From contig NZ_BCZP01000013.1 in the NCBI RefSeq assembly GCF_001598795.1, forward strand, positions 129,083 through 161,082: 32,000 nt of DNA, in the 5' to 3' direction. The notes beneath the pieces are model-generated. The model worked only from the letters and a program-made list of their open reading frames with translations, was not told where the DNA came from and made no database searches. Below, one piece after another: positions 1 to 8,699 of the stretch. How positions within the stretch are numbered: position 1 is the stretch's first letter; each line of letters begins with the position of its first letter. The DNA is from Delftia acidovorans NBRC 14950 (GTDB taxonomy: Bacteria; Pseudomonadota; Gammaproteobacteria; Burkholderiales; Burkholderiaceae_C). The translations under genes and the position numbers were made by a program.

Positions 1-147
1 GCAGCCGCCCTCAGATTGATCGGCTGGAGAAGGCGCGCGATCGGATCTGCGATGGCCGGCACCGTCCAGGCCTCTAGACTTGCGGGGTCTGCGCAGCTTC
101 GCGTGTGCAGCACCGCTTCCCTCTTCAACGCACAGGACAGATCCGAC

Positions 148-783
148 ATGCAACTCATCAGCCAAAGCTTCCAGGACGGCCAGGCGATTCCCGGCGAATT
201 CGCGTTTGCGGTGCCCGATGCGGCCTCGCACGTGGCGCTGTCGTCCAACCGCAACCCGCACCTGGCCTGGAGCGGCGCGCCTGCGGGCACGCAGTCCTTC
301 GTCGTGGTCTGCCATGACCCCGACGTGCCCAGCCGCGGCGACGATGTGAACCAGGAAGGCCGCGAAGTGCCGGCCAGCCTGCCGCGCGTGGATTTCTTCC
401 ACTGGCTGCTGCTGGACATTCCGGCCGCCACCACCGAGATCGCGGCAGGCGCCCATTCCGACGGCGTCACGCCGCGCGGCAAGAGCGGCCCGGCCGCCCC
501 CGGCGGCCTGCGCCACGGCATCAACGACTACACGGGCTGGTTCGCGGGCGACGAGCAGATGAAGGGCGACTACTTCGGCTACGACGGCCCCTGCCCTCCG
601 TGGAACGACAGCATCGTCCACCACTACATCTTCACCGTCTATGCGCTGGCCACGCCCACGCTGGCGGTCTCCGGCGAGCTGACCGGCGCCAACGTGCGCG
701 CGGCGCTGCAAGCCGGCCAGGTGCTGGGAAAGGCCAGCATCACCGGCCTGTACAGCCTGAACCCGTCAGTCTCCGCCGCTTGA
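148..783 (+). CDS. YbhB/YbcL family Raf-kinase-inhibitor-like (PEBP) protein
   Basis: I use the internal ATG at 148 of ORF 16..783; the upstream part is Ala/Arg-rich with no recognisable pattern. PEBP hallmarks are present: VVCHDPDVPS and FFHWLLLDIP. Confidence 0.8.
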   Translation: MQLISQSFQDGQAIPGEFAFAVPDAASHVALSSNRNPHLAWSGAPAGTQSFVVVCHDPDVPSRGDDVNQEGREVPASLPRVDFFHWLLLDIPAATTEIAAGAHSDGVTPRGKSGPAAPGGLRHGINDYTGWFAGDEQMKGDYFGYDGPCPPWNDSIVHHYIFTVYALATPTLAVSGELTGANVRAALQAGQVLGKASITGLYSLNPSVSAA

Positions 784-804
784 GCGAACGCCTTTCCGGG
801 CGCC

Positions 805-1458
805 CTACGTCGCGCCGGCCAGCCTGCGCAGCTTGATGAAGGCCAGCGCCGCCATCACGGCGTCGTTGAGCGCGTCGTGGGCCTCGCGCTGCGGCAGGCC
901 CAGGTCGGCCATCAGCGTGGCAAAGCGCAGGTCGATCTCGGGCGCCTGCTGCTGCCAGGGCAGCAGTTGCCGGAAGCGGTGGTCGTAGTACAGGGCCGAG
1001 ACCTCGATGCGCTCGTTGGGCAGGCCCGTGCCCAGCCAGGGGCGCAGCACGCGCTCGATCATGGCCGCGTCGAATTCCAGGTAGTAGCCGACCAGCGGCC
1101 GGCTGCCGATGAAGCGCAGCAGCTGCGCCAGCGCGTCCTCGATGGCCAGGCCCCGGGCCAGGTCCCGCTCGCGCAGGCGGTGGATGCGCACGCTGTCGCC
1201 GGGCACGCTGCGCGAGGGGCGCACCAGCAGCTCCAGGCGCTGGCTGGACAGGATGCGCTCGCCCACGATGCGCACGGCGCCGATGGAGATGATCTGGTCG
1301 CAGCGCACATCCAGGCCCGTGGTCTCGCAGTCCAGCGCCACCCATTCGCCGGGCGGCGGCGCGTCGAAGAGAAAGGCATAGGCGGGGTCCGCCAGCCTGC
1401 GCCGCTGCCAGTTGCGCCGCAGGCCCGCCACCCAGCGCTGCAAGGGCGCCACGCTCAT
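805..1458 (-). CDS. DEDDh 3'-5' exonuclease (DNA polymerase III epsilon-like domain protein)
   Basis: Internal Met (MSVAPLQRW) of ORF 805..1842. Exo motifs are ALDCETTGLD (ExoI), LVGYYLEFDAAMI (ExoII) and HDALNDAVMAA (ExoIII, H-x4-D). The ATG at 1456-1458 overlaps the upstream stop (1455-1457) as ATGA. Confidence 0.85.
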   Translation of the reverse strand: MSVAPLQRWVAGLRRNWQRRRLADPAYAFLFDAPPPGEWVALDCETTGLDVRCDQIISIGAVRIVGERILSSQRLELLVRPSRSVPGDSVRIHRLRERDLARGLAIEDALAQLLRFIGSRPLVGYYLEFDAAMIERVLRPWLGTGLPNERIEVSALYYDHRFRQLLPWQQQAPEIDLRFATLMADLGLPQREAHDALNDAVMAALAFIKLRRLAGAT

Positions 1459-3308
1459 ACCGCGTCCAGCCGCAGGCGCTGGCGCAGCAGTTCGCGGAAG
1501 CGCCGCACCACGGCCAGCGTGTCCTTGAGCAGGTCGCGCTCCAGGCTGCTCAGGCGCGCCGGGTCCACATGGCCGGTGACGGGGCGGCCCAGGTCGATCT
1601 CGGCCAGTCCCGCCTGCAGGCGCAGGCCCATGAGGAAATGCAGGCCCTGGAGCAGCTCCTGGCCCTGGGCGCCGTCGAGCACGCCCTTGTCCACCAGGGC
1701 CGCGATGCGCTCGGCCGTGCCGGTGGCGGCGATGCGCTGGGACAGCGCCAGGCTGCGCACGCCATGCACGATGGGGAAGATGCCGGCCTTCTTGAGGTGC
1801 ACGGGCGCGCCCTCGCCGCCGCGGCCCAGCAGCCGCTCCCACCAGCTGCCCGGCTCGTGCGCGAAGGCATCGACGGCCGAGGCGAAGCGCGCCACCTGGG
1901 CATCGCTATCCAGGGCCAGCGCCATCAGGTCGCGCCGCACCGTGGCCAGCAGCGCGGCATCGCCGGCCACGGCATGGGCGTCCAGGAAGATCGCCAAGTG
2001 CATGAGGCCCTCGGGGCCGGGCAGGATCAGCCATTCGCGCACCTGCCTGCCGAAGCTGGCCACCGTGCCGCGCCATTGCGGATTGCTGAGCATGATGCCG
2101 CCCGGGCATTCGGGGTAGCCAAAGCGCTGCAGCTGCGCGGAAAAGCGCGCGCAGATGGCATCGAGGTCCTGGGGCGGCGCATAGCCGTCGCGCAGCAGCA
2201 GGCCGTTGTCCTGGTCGGTCTTGAGCAATTGCTCGCCGCGCCCCTCGCTGCCCATGACGAAGAGGCAGCTGTGGGCCACCAGGTCCGGCGGCGCCAGCAT
2301 CTGCCAGGCACGCTCGAACAGGCGGGCATTGAGCTGCTGCACCAGCCGCGCCATCAGCGCCACCCGCGTGCCGCCCCGGTGCAGGGCGGCCACCAGGCGC
2401 GTGATCTGGGCGGCCGCCTGCTCCAGCGCCTGCAGGTCGGCTGCCTGCTCGATCTGCACGGTGATCAGGTGGGAGTGGTTGGCCAGGAAGCTGAACAGGT
2501 CCAGCGCCTCCAGGATGCCCAGCACCTGGCCCTGTGCATCCAGCACGGCCAGCCGGTGCACGCGCGCGCGCAGCAGCACGACCAGGGCATCGCCCAGCTG
2601 GTCGTCGGCGCGCACGGTGAACACGGGCTGGCTGGCGAACTCGCCCACGGCCAGCCGCTCCAGCGGGCGGCCGTCGAGGATGGCGCGCTGCAGCGTGGTG
2701 CCCGTGAAGATGCCCAGGCCGCCCTGCGGCAGTCCCGAGACCAGCACGCAGGTTGTGCGCTCTGCATGGAACAGGCGCACCACGGAGACGATGTCGGTGG
2801 CCGCATCCACCACATGGGCGGCACGCAGATAGGCCTGGTCCACGCGCGCCAGCGTCAGCGACTGCAATTCGTGCCGGTCGGCGCGCTGGGCCAATGTGCC
2901 CAGCTTGTGGCCCAGGTCGGAGAACAGCAGGGCGCCAAAGGCCGTGTTGCGCGCGATCAGCTCGCCCACGGTTTCGCGCGCAAGCTGGTAGGCGATGAGC
3001 TCCTCGGCCACGGTGAAGCGGCTGCCCGTGCGGCCGGCCACCAGGGCGCGGCCGTCGAAGCTGTCGTCGGGGCCGTAGCTGGCCAGCACCTCGTCGCCCT
3101 CGGTCTGCACCACATGGCCCTTGATGATGACGAAGAGGTGGGTGGGAGCCGAGCCCGCGTCCAGCACCACGGCGCCCTCGGGGAAGTAGGCGATGTCCAC
3201 GCCATCGCGCACCAGCGCCTGTTCGTCGGGCGTGAGGCAGTCGAAGGGAGAGGCGGCGAAGTTGAAGGCGTTGGGCATGGGGCGGGGCCGTTGTTCCAGC
3301 CCCGCCAT
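1455..3308 (-). CDS. cyclic-nucleotide-binding / tandem CBS / DUF294 putative nucleotidyltransferase signalling protein
   Basis: 617-aa ORF. It has an N-terminal cNMP-binding-like segment (FPEGAVVLDAGSAPTHLFVIIKGHV), two CBS-like segments, an NTase core GSEGRGEQLLKTDQDNG (G-S-x-G-R-x-E...D-x-D) and a helical C-terminal DUF294_C-like region. The ATG at 3306-3308 immediately follows the stop of the upstream gene (3309-3311). An alternative start is MPNAF at 3278. Confidence 0.85.
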   Translation of the reverse strand: MAGLEQRPRPMPNAFNFAASPFDCLTPDEQALVRDGVDIAYFPEGAVVLDAGSAPTHLFVIIKGHVVQTEGDEVLASYGPDDSFDGRALVAGRTGSRFTVAEELIAYQLARETVGELIARNTAFGALLFSDLGHKLGTLAQRADRHELQSLTLARVDQAYLRAAHVVDAATDIVSVVRLFHAERTTCVLVSGLPQGGLGIFTGTTLQRAILDGRPLERLAVGEFASQPVFTVRADDQLGDALVVLLRARVHRLAVLDAQGQVLGILEALDLFSFLANHSHLITVQIEQAADLQALEQAAAQITRLVAALHRGGTRVALMARLVQQLNARLFERAWQMLAPPDLVAHSCLFVMGSEGRGEQLLKTDQDNGLLLRDGYAPPQDLDAICARFSAQLQRFGYPECPGGIMLSNPQWRGTVASFGRQVREWLILPGPEGLMHLAIFLDAHAVAGDAALLATVRRDLMALALDSDAQVARFASAVDAFAHEPGSWWERLLGRGGEGAPVHLKKAGIFPIVHGVRSLALSQRIAATGTAERIAALVDKGVLDGAQGQELLQGLHFLMGLRLQAGLAEIDLGRPVTGHVDPARLSSLERDLLKDTLAVVRRFRELLRQRLRLDAV

Positions 3309-3944
3309 TCAAACCTTCAGGCCTTGCTCCACGCTTGCAGCCGCATCCCAGCCGCTGTCGAACCAGCTGTCGCCTTCCAGGTAGGCGCGCAGCATGGGCA
3401 GGCTGTCCAGGCCCCAGAAGAGGCGGCCGTCGACCTCCCAGGCCGGCACGCCGAACAGGCCTTGCGCGGCGGCGGCGTCGGTGTTCTCGCGCAGCAGGCG
3501 CTTGGCGTTGTCCGCCGCATCCGTGCGCAGCTGCGGCGCCAGCGTGGCGCGCAGTGCATCGAGCCGCGCGGGGTCCAGCGCGTCGGCACCGCCCAGCCAG
3601 ACATGGCGCAGCACGGCGTCCGCCACAAAGCGGTTGATGGTGCCGTCATCGCTGCACTCCAGCGCCAGGCGCAGCAGCGGCAGCGGGTTGAACGGGTGGC
3701 GGGCCGGCATATCCAGCCCCACGCCCGTGGCATGGCCCAGCCAGCTCACATGGCGGTAGGTCCATTCGCGCTTGCCCGCGATGCCGGCCGGTCCCGGGTT
3801 GGCGTGGCGCTGCAGCAGCGCGCCCAGCAGCACGGGGCGGTACTGCATGTGGTGGCTGATGCCCTGCAGCGCCTGCGGCAGTTGCGCGAACGCCAGCCAT
3901 GCATAGGGCGAGATGAAGTCGAGATGGAAGGTGATCTGCTTCAT
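3309..3944 (-). CDS. 2-hydroxychromene-2-carboxylate isomerase family (DsbA-like thioredoxin fold) protein
   Basis: Internal Met MKQITFHLDFISPYAWLA of ORF 3309..4295, with cat at 3942-3944. The N-terminal F-x-DFISPY-W and C-terminal GVPAWEVDGRLFWGLD patterns are typical of the HCCA isomerase/DsbA family. Confidence 0.8.
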   Translation of the reverse strand: MKQITFHLDFISPYAWLAFAQLPQALQGISHHMQYRPVLLGALLQRHANPGPAGIAGKREWTYRHVSWLGHATGVGLDMPARHPFNPLPLLRLALECSDDGTINRFVADAVLRHVWLGGADALDPARLDALRATLAPQLRTDAADNAKRLLRENTDAAAAQGLFGVPAWEVDGRLFWGLDSLPMLRAYLEGDSWFDSGWDAAASVEQGLKV

Positions 3945-3967
3945 GGCGGGTGCGTCGTGATGGGTAT

Positions 3968-4213
3968 CTAGGGTGCGGTGACTGCGATGCCTGCGCGCTC
4001 CAACAGCGCGTTCCAGATCGCCAGGCGCTGCGGCGCATCGGACTTGGACCAGGCGCGGATCTCGTCGATGGTGCGAAAGCACCCTTCGCAATGGCTGCGG
4101 TCGGGCGTCATGCGGCAGACCGAGATGCAGGGCGAGAGCACGGGTTCCTCTTCGGCACGCGGAGCGTATGCGGCGCGGGCCTTCTGGGCCAGCATTTCCT
4201 TGGGGCCCATCAT
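3968..4213 (-). CDS. DUF1289 domain-containing protein (small Cys-rich, putative Fe-S/metal binding)
   Basis: 81-aa ORF with the DUF1289 signature SPCISVCRMTPDRSHCEGCFRTIDEIRAW (C-x3-C...C-x2-C). Its start overlaps the upstream gene's stop by 4 nt (4210-4213). Confidence 0.75.
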   Translation of the reverse strand: MMGPKEMLAQKARAAYAPRAEEEPVLSPCISVCRMTPDRSHCEGCFRTIDEIRAWSKSDAPQRLAIWNALLERAGIAVTAP

Positions 4214-4713
4214 GCCGCCACCTCCTGCACCACGTCGGCCCAGGGCGCACCGGCCAGCAGTTGCAGCGCGGCCGGCGTGGCCGCGAACACCGCATGCGGA
4301 TGGCCTGCTGCCGCCCAGACGGTGTCGAAACGCTGCAGTTCCCGGTCCACCAGGGTCACGGGCGTGTTGGCATGGGCCACGGGGCTGACGCCGCCGATGG
4401 AAAAGCCCGTCTGCGCCTTGACGAAATCGGCATCGGCACGGCCCACGGGGCCGACCAGGGCGGCGACCTTTTTCTCGTCCACGCGGCGGTCGCCCGAGGC
4501 CACGACCAGCACGGCCACGCCGTCGCTGCGGCGGCGGAAGATGATGCTCTTGGCCACCTGGCCCACGAGGATGCCCAGCTGGTCGGCCGCTTCCTGGGCC
4601 GTGCGCGCGGCGCCGTCCAGCATGCGCGGTCCGTCGCCGTGGCCGGCCTGCTGCAGGAAGGCCGCCACGCGCTGCACGCCTTCGGGAAGATGGTGGAGTT
4701 CAGATCCGCACAT
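4210..4713 (-). CDS. YbaK/EbsC family aminoacyl-tRNA deacylase-like protein
   Basis: ORF 4210..4731. I prefer the start MCGSEL (cat at 4711-4713), 2 nt after the HMG-CoA lyase stop. YbaK-domain patterns are present: VAKSIIF, VLVVASGDRRVD, FSIGGVSP. Confidence 0.75.
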   Translation of the reverse strand: MCGSELHHLPEGVQRVAAFLQQAGHGDGPRMLDGAARTAQEAADQLGILVGQVAKSIIFRRRSDGVAVLVVASGDRRVDEKKVAALVGPVGRADADFVKAQTGFSIGGVSPVAHANTPVTLVDRELQRFDTVWAAAGHPHAVFAATPAALQLLAGAPWADVVQEVAA

Positions 4714-4715
4714 GC

Positions 4716-5657
4716 TCACACCGCCTCGCATGCAGCCGCGCTGGCGCGCTTGGTAAGCAGTGCCTTGGCCACGCGCGACTGCGTGGGGCGGCCCAGGTGG
4801 TCGCTGATGAACTGGCCGGCGTCAATCAGCTTGTCCAGGTCGATGCCGGTCTCGATGCCCATGCCCTGCAGCATGTAGACCACGTCCTCCGTGGCCACAT
4901 TGCCCGTGGCGCCCTTGGCGTAGGGGCAGCCGCCCAGGCCCGCCACCGAGGTGTCGAACTGCCACACGCCCAGCGACAGCGCGGCCAGCGTGTTGGACAC
5001 GGCCTGGCCGTAGGTGTCGTGGAAGTGGCCCGAGACATCGTCGATGGCGAAGTGCTGCAGCGTGGCCTCGATGGCCTTGCGCACCTTGACGGGCGTGCCC
5101 ACGCCGATGGTGTCGGCCACGCCCACATGCTGCACGCCGATGCCCTTCATGAGCCCGGCCAGGTAGGCCACGCGCTCGGGGGCGATCTCGCCTTCGTAGG
5201 GGCAGCCCACGGTGCAGCTCATGGCGCCGCGCACGTAGATGCCCTGGGCGCGCGCGGCCTCGGCCACGGGGGCGAAGCGCTCGATGCTTTCGGCAATGGA
5301 GCAGTTGATGTTCTTCTGGCTGAAGGCCTCGCTGGCCGCGCCGAAGACCACGATCTCGTCGGGCCACAGTTCGCGCGGCGCCGACAGCGCGGCCTCCAGG
5401 CCCTTCATGTTGGGCGTGAGCACGCTGTAGCGCACGCCGGGGCGGCGGACGATGCCGGCCATGACTTCGGCGTTGTCGGCCATCTGCGGCACCCATTTGG
5501 GGCTGACGTAGCTGGTGACCTCGATTTCCTTGAGGCCGGCATCCTGCAGGCGGTGCACCAGCTCGATCTTGACGGCGGCGGGCACGGGCTGTTTTTCATT
5601 CTGCAGGCCGTCGCGGGGGCCTACATCGACGAGTTTGACGCGGGAAGGAATGCTCAT
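4716..5657 (-). CDS. liuE: hydroxymethylglutaryl-CoA lyase
   Basis: 313 aa. The N-terminus VKLVDVGPRDGLQNEK and the motifs SYVSPKWVPQM and GLGGCPYA are canonical for HMG-CoA lyase. ATG at 5655-5657. The symbol is assigned by pathway context. Confidence 0.9.
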   Translation of the reverse strand: MSIPSRVKLVDVGPRDGLQNEKQPVPAAVKIELVHRLQDAGLKEIEVTSYVSPKWVPQMADNAEVMAGIVRRPGVRYSVLTPNMKGLEAALSAPRELWPDEIVVFGAASEAFSQKNINCSIAESIERFAPVAEAARAQGIYVRGAMSCTVGCPYEGEIAPERVAYLAGLMKGIGVQHVGVADTIGVGTPVKVRKAIEATLQHFAIDDVSGHFHDTYGQAVSNTLAALSLGVWQFDTSVAGLGGCPYAKGATGNVATEDVVYMLQGMGIETGIDLDKLIDAGQFISDHLGRPTQSRVAKALLTKRASAAACEAV

Positions 5658-5766
5658 GGGGTGTTCTCACCGGGATGACGGGTACGGCCCCTATTGTCCA
5701 GGCTTGCAGGCCCGGGCACCACCCCATATCCTGCCGGGCCATGCACAACGGCTGCCAGCGCCCCCT

Positions 5767-6675
5767 TCAGCCGGGCAGGGCCGCCATTTCCTCGCGCAGC
5801 ATCTCCACCATGCGCGCGGCAGCCGGCGACAGGCGGCGGCCGCTCAGGCGCACCAGGCCGATGGGGCGGCGCAGCACCGGCCGTGCCAGCGGGCGCGCCA
5901 CCACTTCCGGCCGCTGCACCACCTGGGCGGCCAGCAGCGGCAGCGCGCTCACACCCAGATCGGCGGCCACCATGGCCGCGATGGTGGCCAGGTGCTCCAC
6001 GGCGTACTGGGGCGCAAAGCGTATGCCGTGGGTCAGCAGGGCCTCGTCGGCGTACTGGCGCACGCTGGTGCCGGCCGGCATGGAGATGTGGGGCAGATGG
6101 GCCACGTCGGCCCAGCCCAGATCGCCGCGCCCGCGCGCCAGCGCATGGCCGCGGCCCAGCAGCAGCACGAAGCGGTCGGAGGCCAGGGGCAGGTAGTCCA
6201 GGTCGGCATAGGCGGGGTTGGCCGCCGTGAGCGCAAAGTCCACGCGGCCCGCGCGCACCATGTCGAAGGCCGGTCCGGCCAGGCTGTCGAACAGCTCCAG
6301 ATGCACGCCCGGATGCTCGGCCGCGAAGCGCGCCAGCACGCGGGGCAGCAGGCCCGCGGCCAGCGAAGGCAGGGCCGCCAGCGCCAGCCGGCCCACCTGC
6401 ACCTGGGCCACCTCCTGCACGCGGCGCACGGTCTCGTCCATCTGGTGGCGCAGGATGCGCGCCTGCTCGGCGAAGACCTCGCCGGCCTGGGTCAGTTCCA
6501 CGGCGCGCGTGGTGCGCTCGAACAGGCGCGCGCCCAGCATCTCTTCCAGCCGCGCCAGCGTGCCCGAGACGGCCGACTGCGACAGGTGCATCTGCAGCGC
6601 CGTGCGCCGAAAGCTCAGCGAATCGGCCAGCGCCAGAAAGACATCGACCTCGCGGGCCGACCAATTGATCTTCAT
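5767..6675 (-). CDS. LysR family transcriptional regulator
   Basis: 302 aa. It has an N-terminal wHTH (FLALADSLSFRRTALQMHLSQSAVSGTLARLE) and a LysR substrate-binding domain. It is divergent from the 6767 operon. Confidence 0.9.
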   Translation of the reverse strand: MKINWSAREVDVFLALADSLSFRRTALQMHLSQSAVSGTLARLEEMLGARLFERTTRAVELTQAGEVFAEQARILRHQMDETVRRVQEVAQVQVGRLALAALPSLAAGLLPRVLARFAAEHPGVHLELFDSLAGPAFDMVRAGRVDFALTAANPAYADLDYLPLASDRFVLLLGRGHALARGRGDLGWADVAHLPHISMPAGTSVRQYADEALLTHGIRFAPQYAVEHLATIAAMVAADLGVSALPLLAAQVVQRPEVVARPLARPVLRRPIGLVRLSGRRLSPAAARMVEMLREEMAALPG

Positions 6676-6766
6676 GGCCGATCAGTTTATCGAAAAATGC
6701 GTCTTTACCGTTCAATGACGGCTGCCTAGACTGCGCCTCAAATCCATGAAATCAGCAGGAGACAGC
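6676..6766. promoter_or_regulatory. divergent LysR / hydroxyacyl-CoA dehydrogenase-BKACE-Bug promoter region
   Basis: 91-bp AT-richer spacer between divergent starts, with AGGAGA at 6757-6762 ahead of the ATG at 6767. I could not define a convincing dyad T-N11-A box by eye. Confidence 0.35.
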
Positions 6767-7729
6767 ATGCACAGCAGTTCGCCGCGCAACGCGCGCACGG
6801 TGGTCGTCGGGGGAGGCACCATGGGTGCCGATGTGGCCGTGGTCCTGGCCCGGGGCGGCGCCCTGGTGACCGTGGTCGACCCCGGCGCGGCACGGCGCGA
6901 GCTGCTGCTGCAGCACATTGCCATCGAGCTGGCCACGGCCGGCTTTGCCCGGTGCGCGTCCCAGGTCTCGGTCTGCGCGGCGCTGGAGGATGTGGCCTGG
7001 GACGGCGTCGCCCTGGTGGTGGAATGCATCACCGAGCGGCTGGATGCCAAGCAGGCACTGTTCGCCGAACTTGAGGCGCATGCGCCGGCCGACGCCGTGC
7101 TGGCCAGCAACAGCTCGGGCTTTCCCATCAGCGCCATCGCCAGCGGCCTGCCCACGGCGCAGCGCATGCTGGGCCTGCACTTTTTCATGCCAGCCCATTT
7201 GGTGCCACTGGTGGAAGTGGTGCTGGGCGAGCGCAGCGATCCGGCCCTGGGCCAGTGGCTGCACGGCTTCATGCGCGGCTGCGGCAGCGTGCCGGTGCTG
7301 GTGAAGAAGGACAAGCCCGGCTTTCTGGCCAACCGCATGCAGCACGCGCTGTCGCGCGAGGCCTTCGCCCTCATCGACGAGGGCATTGCCTCGCCCGAGG
7401 ACGTGGATGCCGCCGTGCGCTTCGGCTTCGGCTTCCGCTTCCTGGCGGCCGGTCCCGTGCTGCAGCGCGACCATGCGGGCATCGAGGTGCACTGCGCGGC
7501 CGCCGCCACCATGTACCCCACGCTGTCCAACACCGATGTGCCGGCCCAGGCCCTGCGCGATCGCGTGGCGCGCGGCGATCTGGGCATGAAGACCGGCAAG
7601 GGCTTCTTCGACTGGCCCGAGGACCGCCGTCTGGCCGAGCGTGCCCGCTACGACGCGCTGCTGCGCCAGGGCCTGGCCCTGTTGGCCAGCGAGCTGCCGG
7701 TGCCGGAGCAGGCACAGGACACGCCATGA
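6767..7729 (+). CDS. 3-hydroxyacyl-CoA dehydrogenase family (NAD-binding, Hbd-like) protein
   Basis: ATG at 6767 is preceded by AGGAGA; the ORF track starts at 6746. Rossmann motif VVVGGGTMGADVAVVLA, plus FFMPAHLVPLVEVV, KPGFLANR and GMKTGKGFFDW, typical of the HADH/Hbd family. Confidence 0.8.
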   Translation: MHSSSPRNARTVVVGGGTMGADVAVVLARGGALVTVVDPGAARRELLLQHIAIELATAGFARCASQVSVCAALEDVAWDGVALVVECITERLDAKQALFAELEAHAPADAVLASNSSGFPISAIASGLPTAQRMLGLHFFMPAHLVPLVEVVLGERSDPALGQWLHGFMRGCGSVPVLVKKDKPGFLANRMQHALSREAFALIDEGIASPEDVDAAVRFGFGFRFLAAGPVLQRDHAGIEVHCAAAATMYPTLSNTDVPAQALRDRVARGDLGMKTGKGFFDWPEDRRLAERARYDALLRQGLALLASELPVPEQAQDTP

Positions 7730-8607
7730 GCACGCCGGTCCCCAAGTCAACCGCGTCGCCCACATCGCCCACGTCAACCACGTCGCAGTGGAGCGACCCG
7801 CTGATCGTCACCGTGGCCCCCAATGGCGCCTACAAGCAGCCGGCCGACCACCGAGCCCTGCCGATCACACCGCAGGCGCTGGCCGCCACGGCACGCGCCT
7901 GCCTGGATGCCGGCGCGGCCATGATCCACATGCACATCCGCGACGCCCAAGGGCGCCACAGCCTGGATGTGGACGGCTACCGCGAAGCCTGGCGCGTGGT
8001 GCGCGAGGCCGTGGGCACGGACATGGTGGTGCAGATCACCAGCGAGGCGGCCGGCGTCTACCGCGCACCCGAGCAGATCGCCATGGTGCAGGCGCTGCGG
8101 CCCGAGGCCGTCTCCATCGGCCTGCGCGAGATCGACCAGCCCGAGATCGGCGATGCGGGACTGGCGCACTTTTTCACGGGCCTGGTGCGCGACCAGGTCA
8201 TGGTGCAGGTCATCCTCTACGACGTGGCCGACCTGCGCCGCTGGCAGGCGCTGCGCGCCCAGGGCGTGGTGCCCGAGGCGCCCTGGTTCCTGCTCTTCGT
8301 GCTGGGCCGCTACAGCGCGGGCCAGACCTCGCGGCCGCAGGACCTGCTGCCCTTTCTTGCGGCACATGACGGCGGCGAGCCCTGGGCCGTGTGCGCCTTC
8401 GGCGCCACGGAAAACACCTGCATCGCGACAGCCGCCGCCTTCGGCGGCCATGCGCGCGTGGGCTTCGAGAACAACCTGCTGACGCGGGACGGCCACACCG
8501 CGCCCGACAACGCCGCCCTGGTCCGCCAGGCCGTGGTGTCCGCCCAGGCGCTGGGCCGCCCCCTGGCCACGGCCGACGACATACGCCGGCGCTTCACACC
8601 GGGCTGA
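7726..8607 (+). CDS. 3-keto-5-aminohexanoate cleavage enzyme family (BKACE, DUF849) protein
   Basis: Internal Met MSTPVPK in the frame of ORF 7255..8607, with an ATGA overlap with the upstream stop (7726-7729). Motifs PLIVTVAPNGA and the zinc-binding MIHMHIRD are typical of BKACE. Confidence 0.85.
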   Translation: MSTPVPKSTASPTSPTSTTSQWSDPLIVTVAPNGAYKQPADHRALPITPQALAATARACLDAGAAMIHMHIRDAQGRHSLDVDGYREAWRVVREAVGTDMVVQITSEAAGVYRAPEQIAMVQALRPEAVSIGLREIDQPEIGDAGLAHFFTGLVRDQVMVQVILYDVADLRRWQALRAQGVVPEAPWFLLFVLGRYSAGQTSRPQDLLPFLAAHDGGEPWAVCAFGATENTCIATAAAFGGHARVGFENNLLTRDGHTAPDNAALVRQAVVSAQALGRPLATADDIRRRFTPG

Positions 8608-8699
8608 GCACCAGGCGCCTTACAGGCCCATAAGCCGATAGGCCCATGAGCCCGCACAAGACGGGCCTTCCATTCCAACCACAGGCAGGAGACACAACC

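Noticed and set aside
16-147. N-terminal extensions of many tracked ORFs (e.g. 16-147, 1459-1842, 3945-4295, 16049-16186, 19638-19874, 28078-28455, 30720-30857)
   Set aside because: The extensions overlap neighbouring genes or promoters, lack homology-like sequence, and often begin at non-ATG codons. Internal ATGs with Shine-Dalgarno sequences or stop/start coupling fit the family-typical N-termini.
1569-3971. 800-aa ORF on the plus strand
   Set aside because: It is antisense to the DUF294 and HCCA-isomerase genes, with the same low-complexity composition. I treat it as a shadow ORF.
5515-6729. 404-aa (+) and 353-aa (-, 5654..6715) ORFs overlapping the LysR gene
   Set aside because: Only the 5767..6675 minus-strand frame gives a LysR wHTH and substrate-binding domain. 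The others are alternative-frame artefacts.
6676-6766. LysR T-N11-A box in the divergent promoter
   Set aside because: T-N11-A strings occur (e.g. TACCGTTCAATGA at 6706-6718) but without the flanking dyad symmetry expected of a LysR recognition site. I annotate the region only generically.
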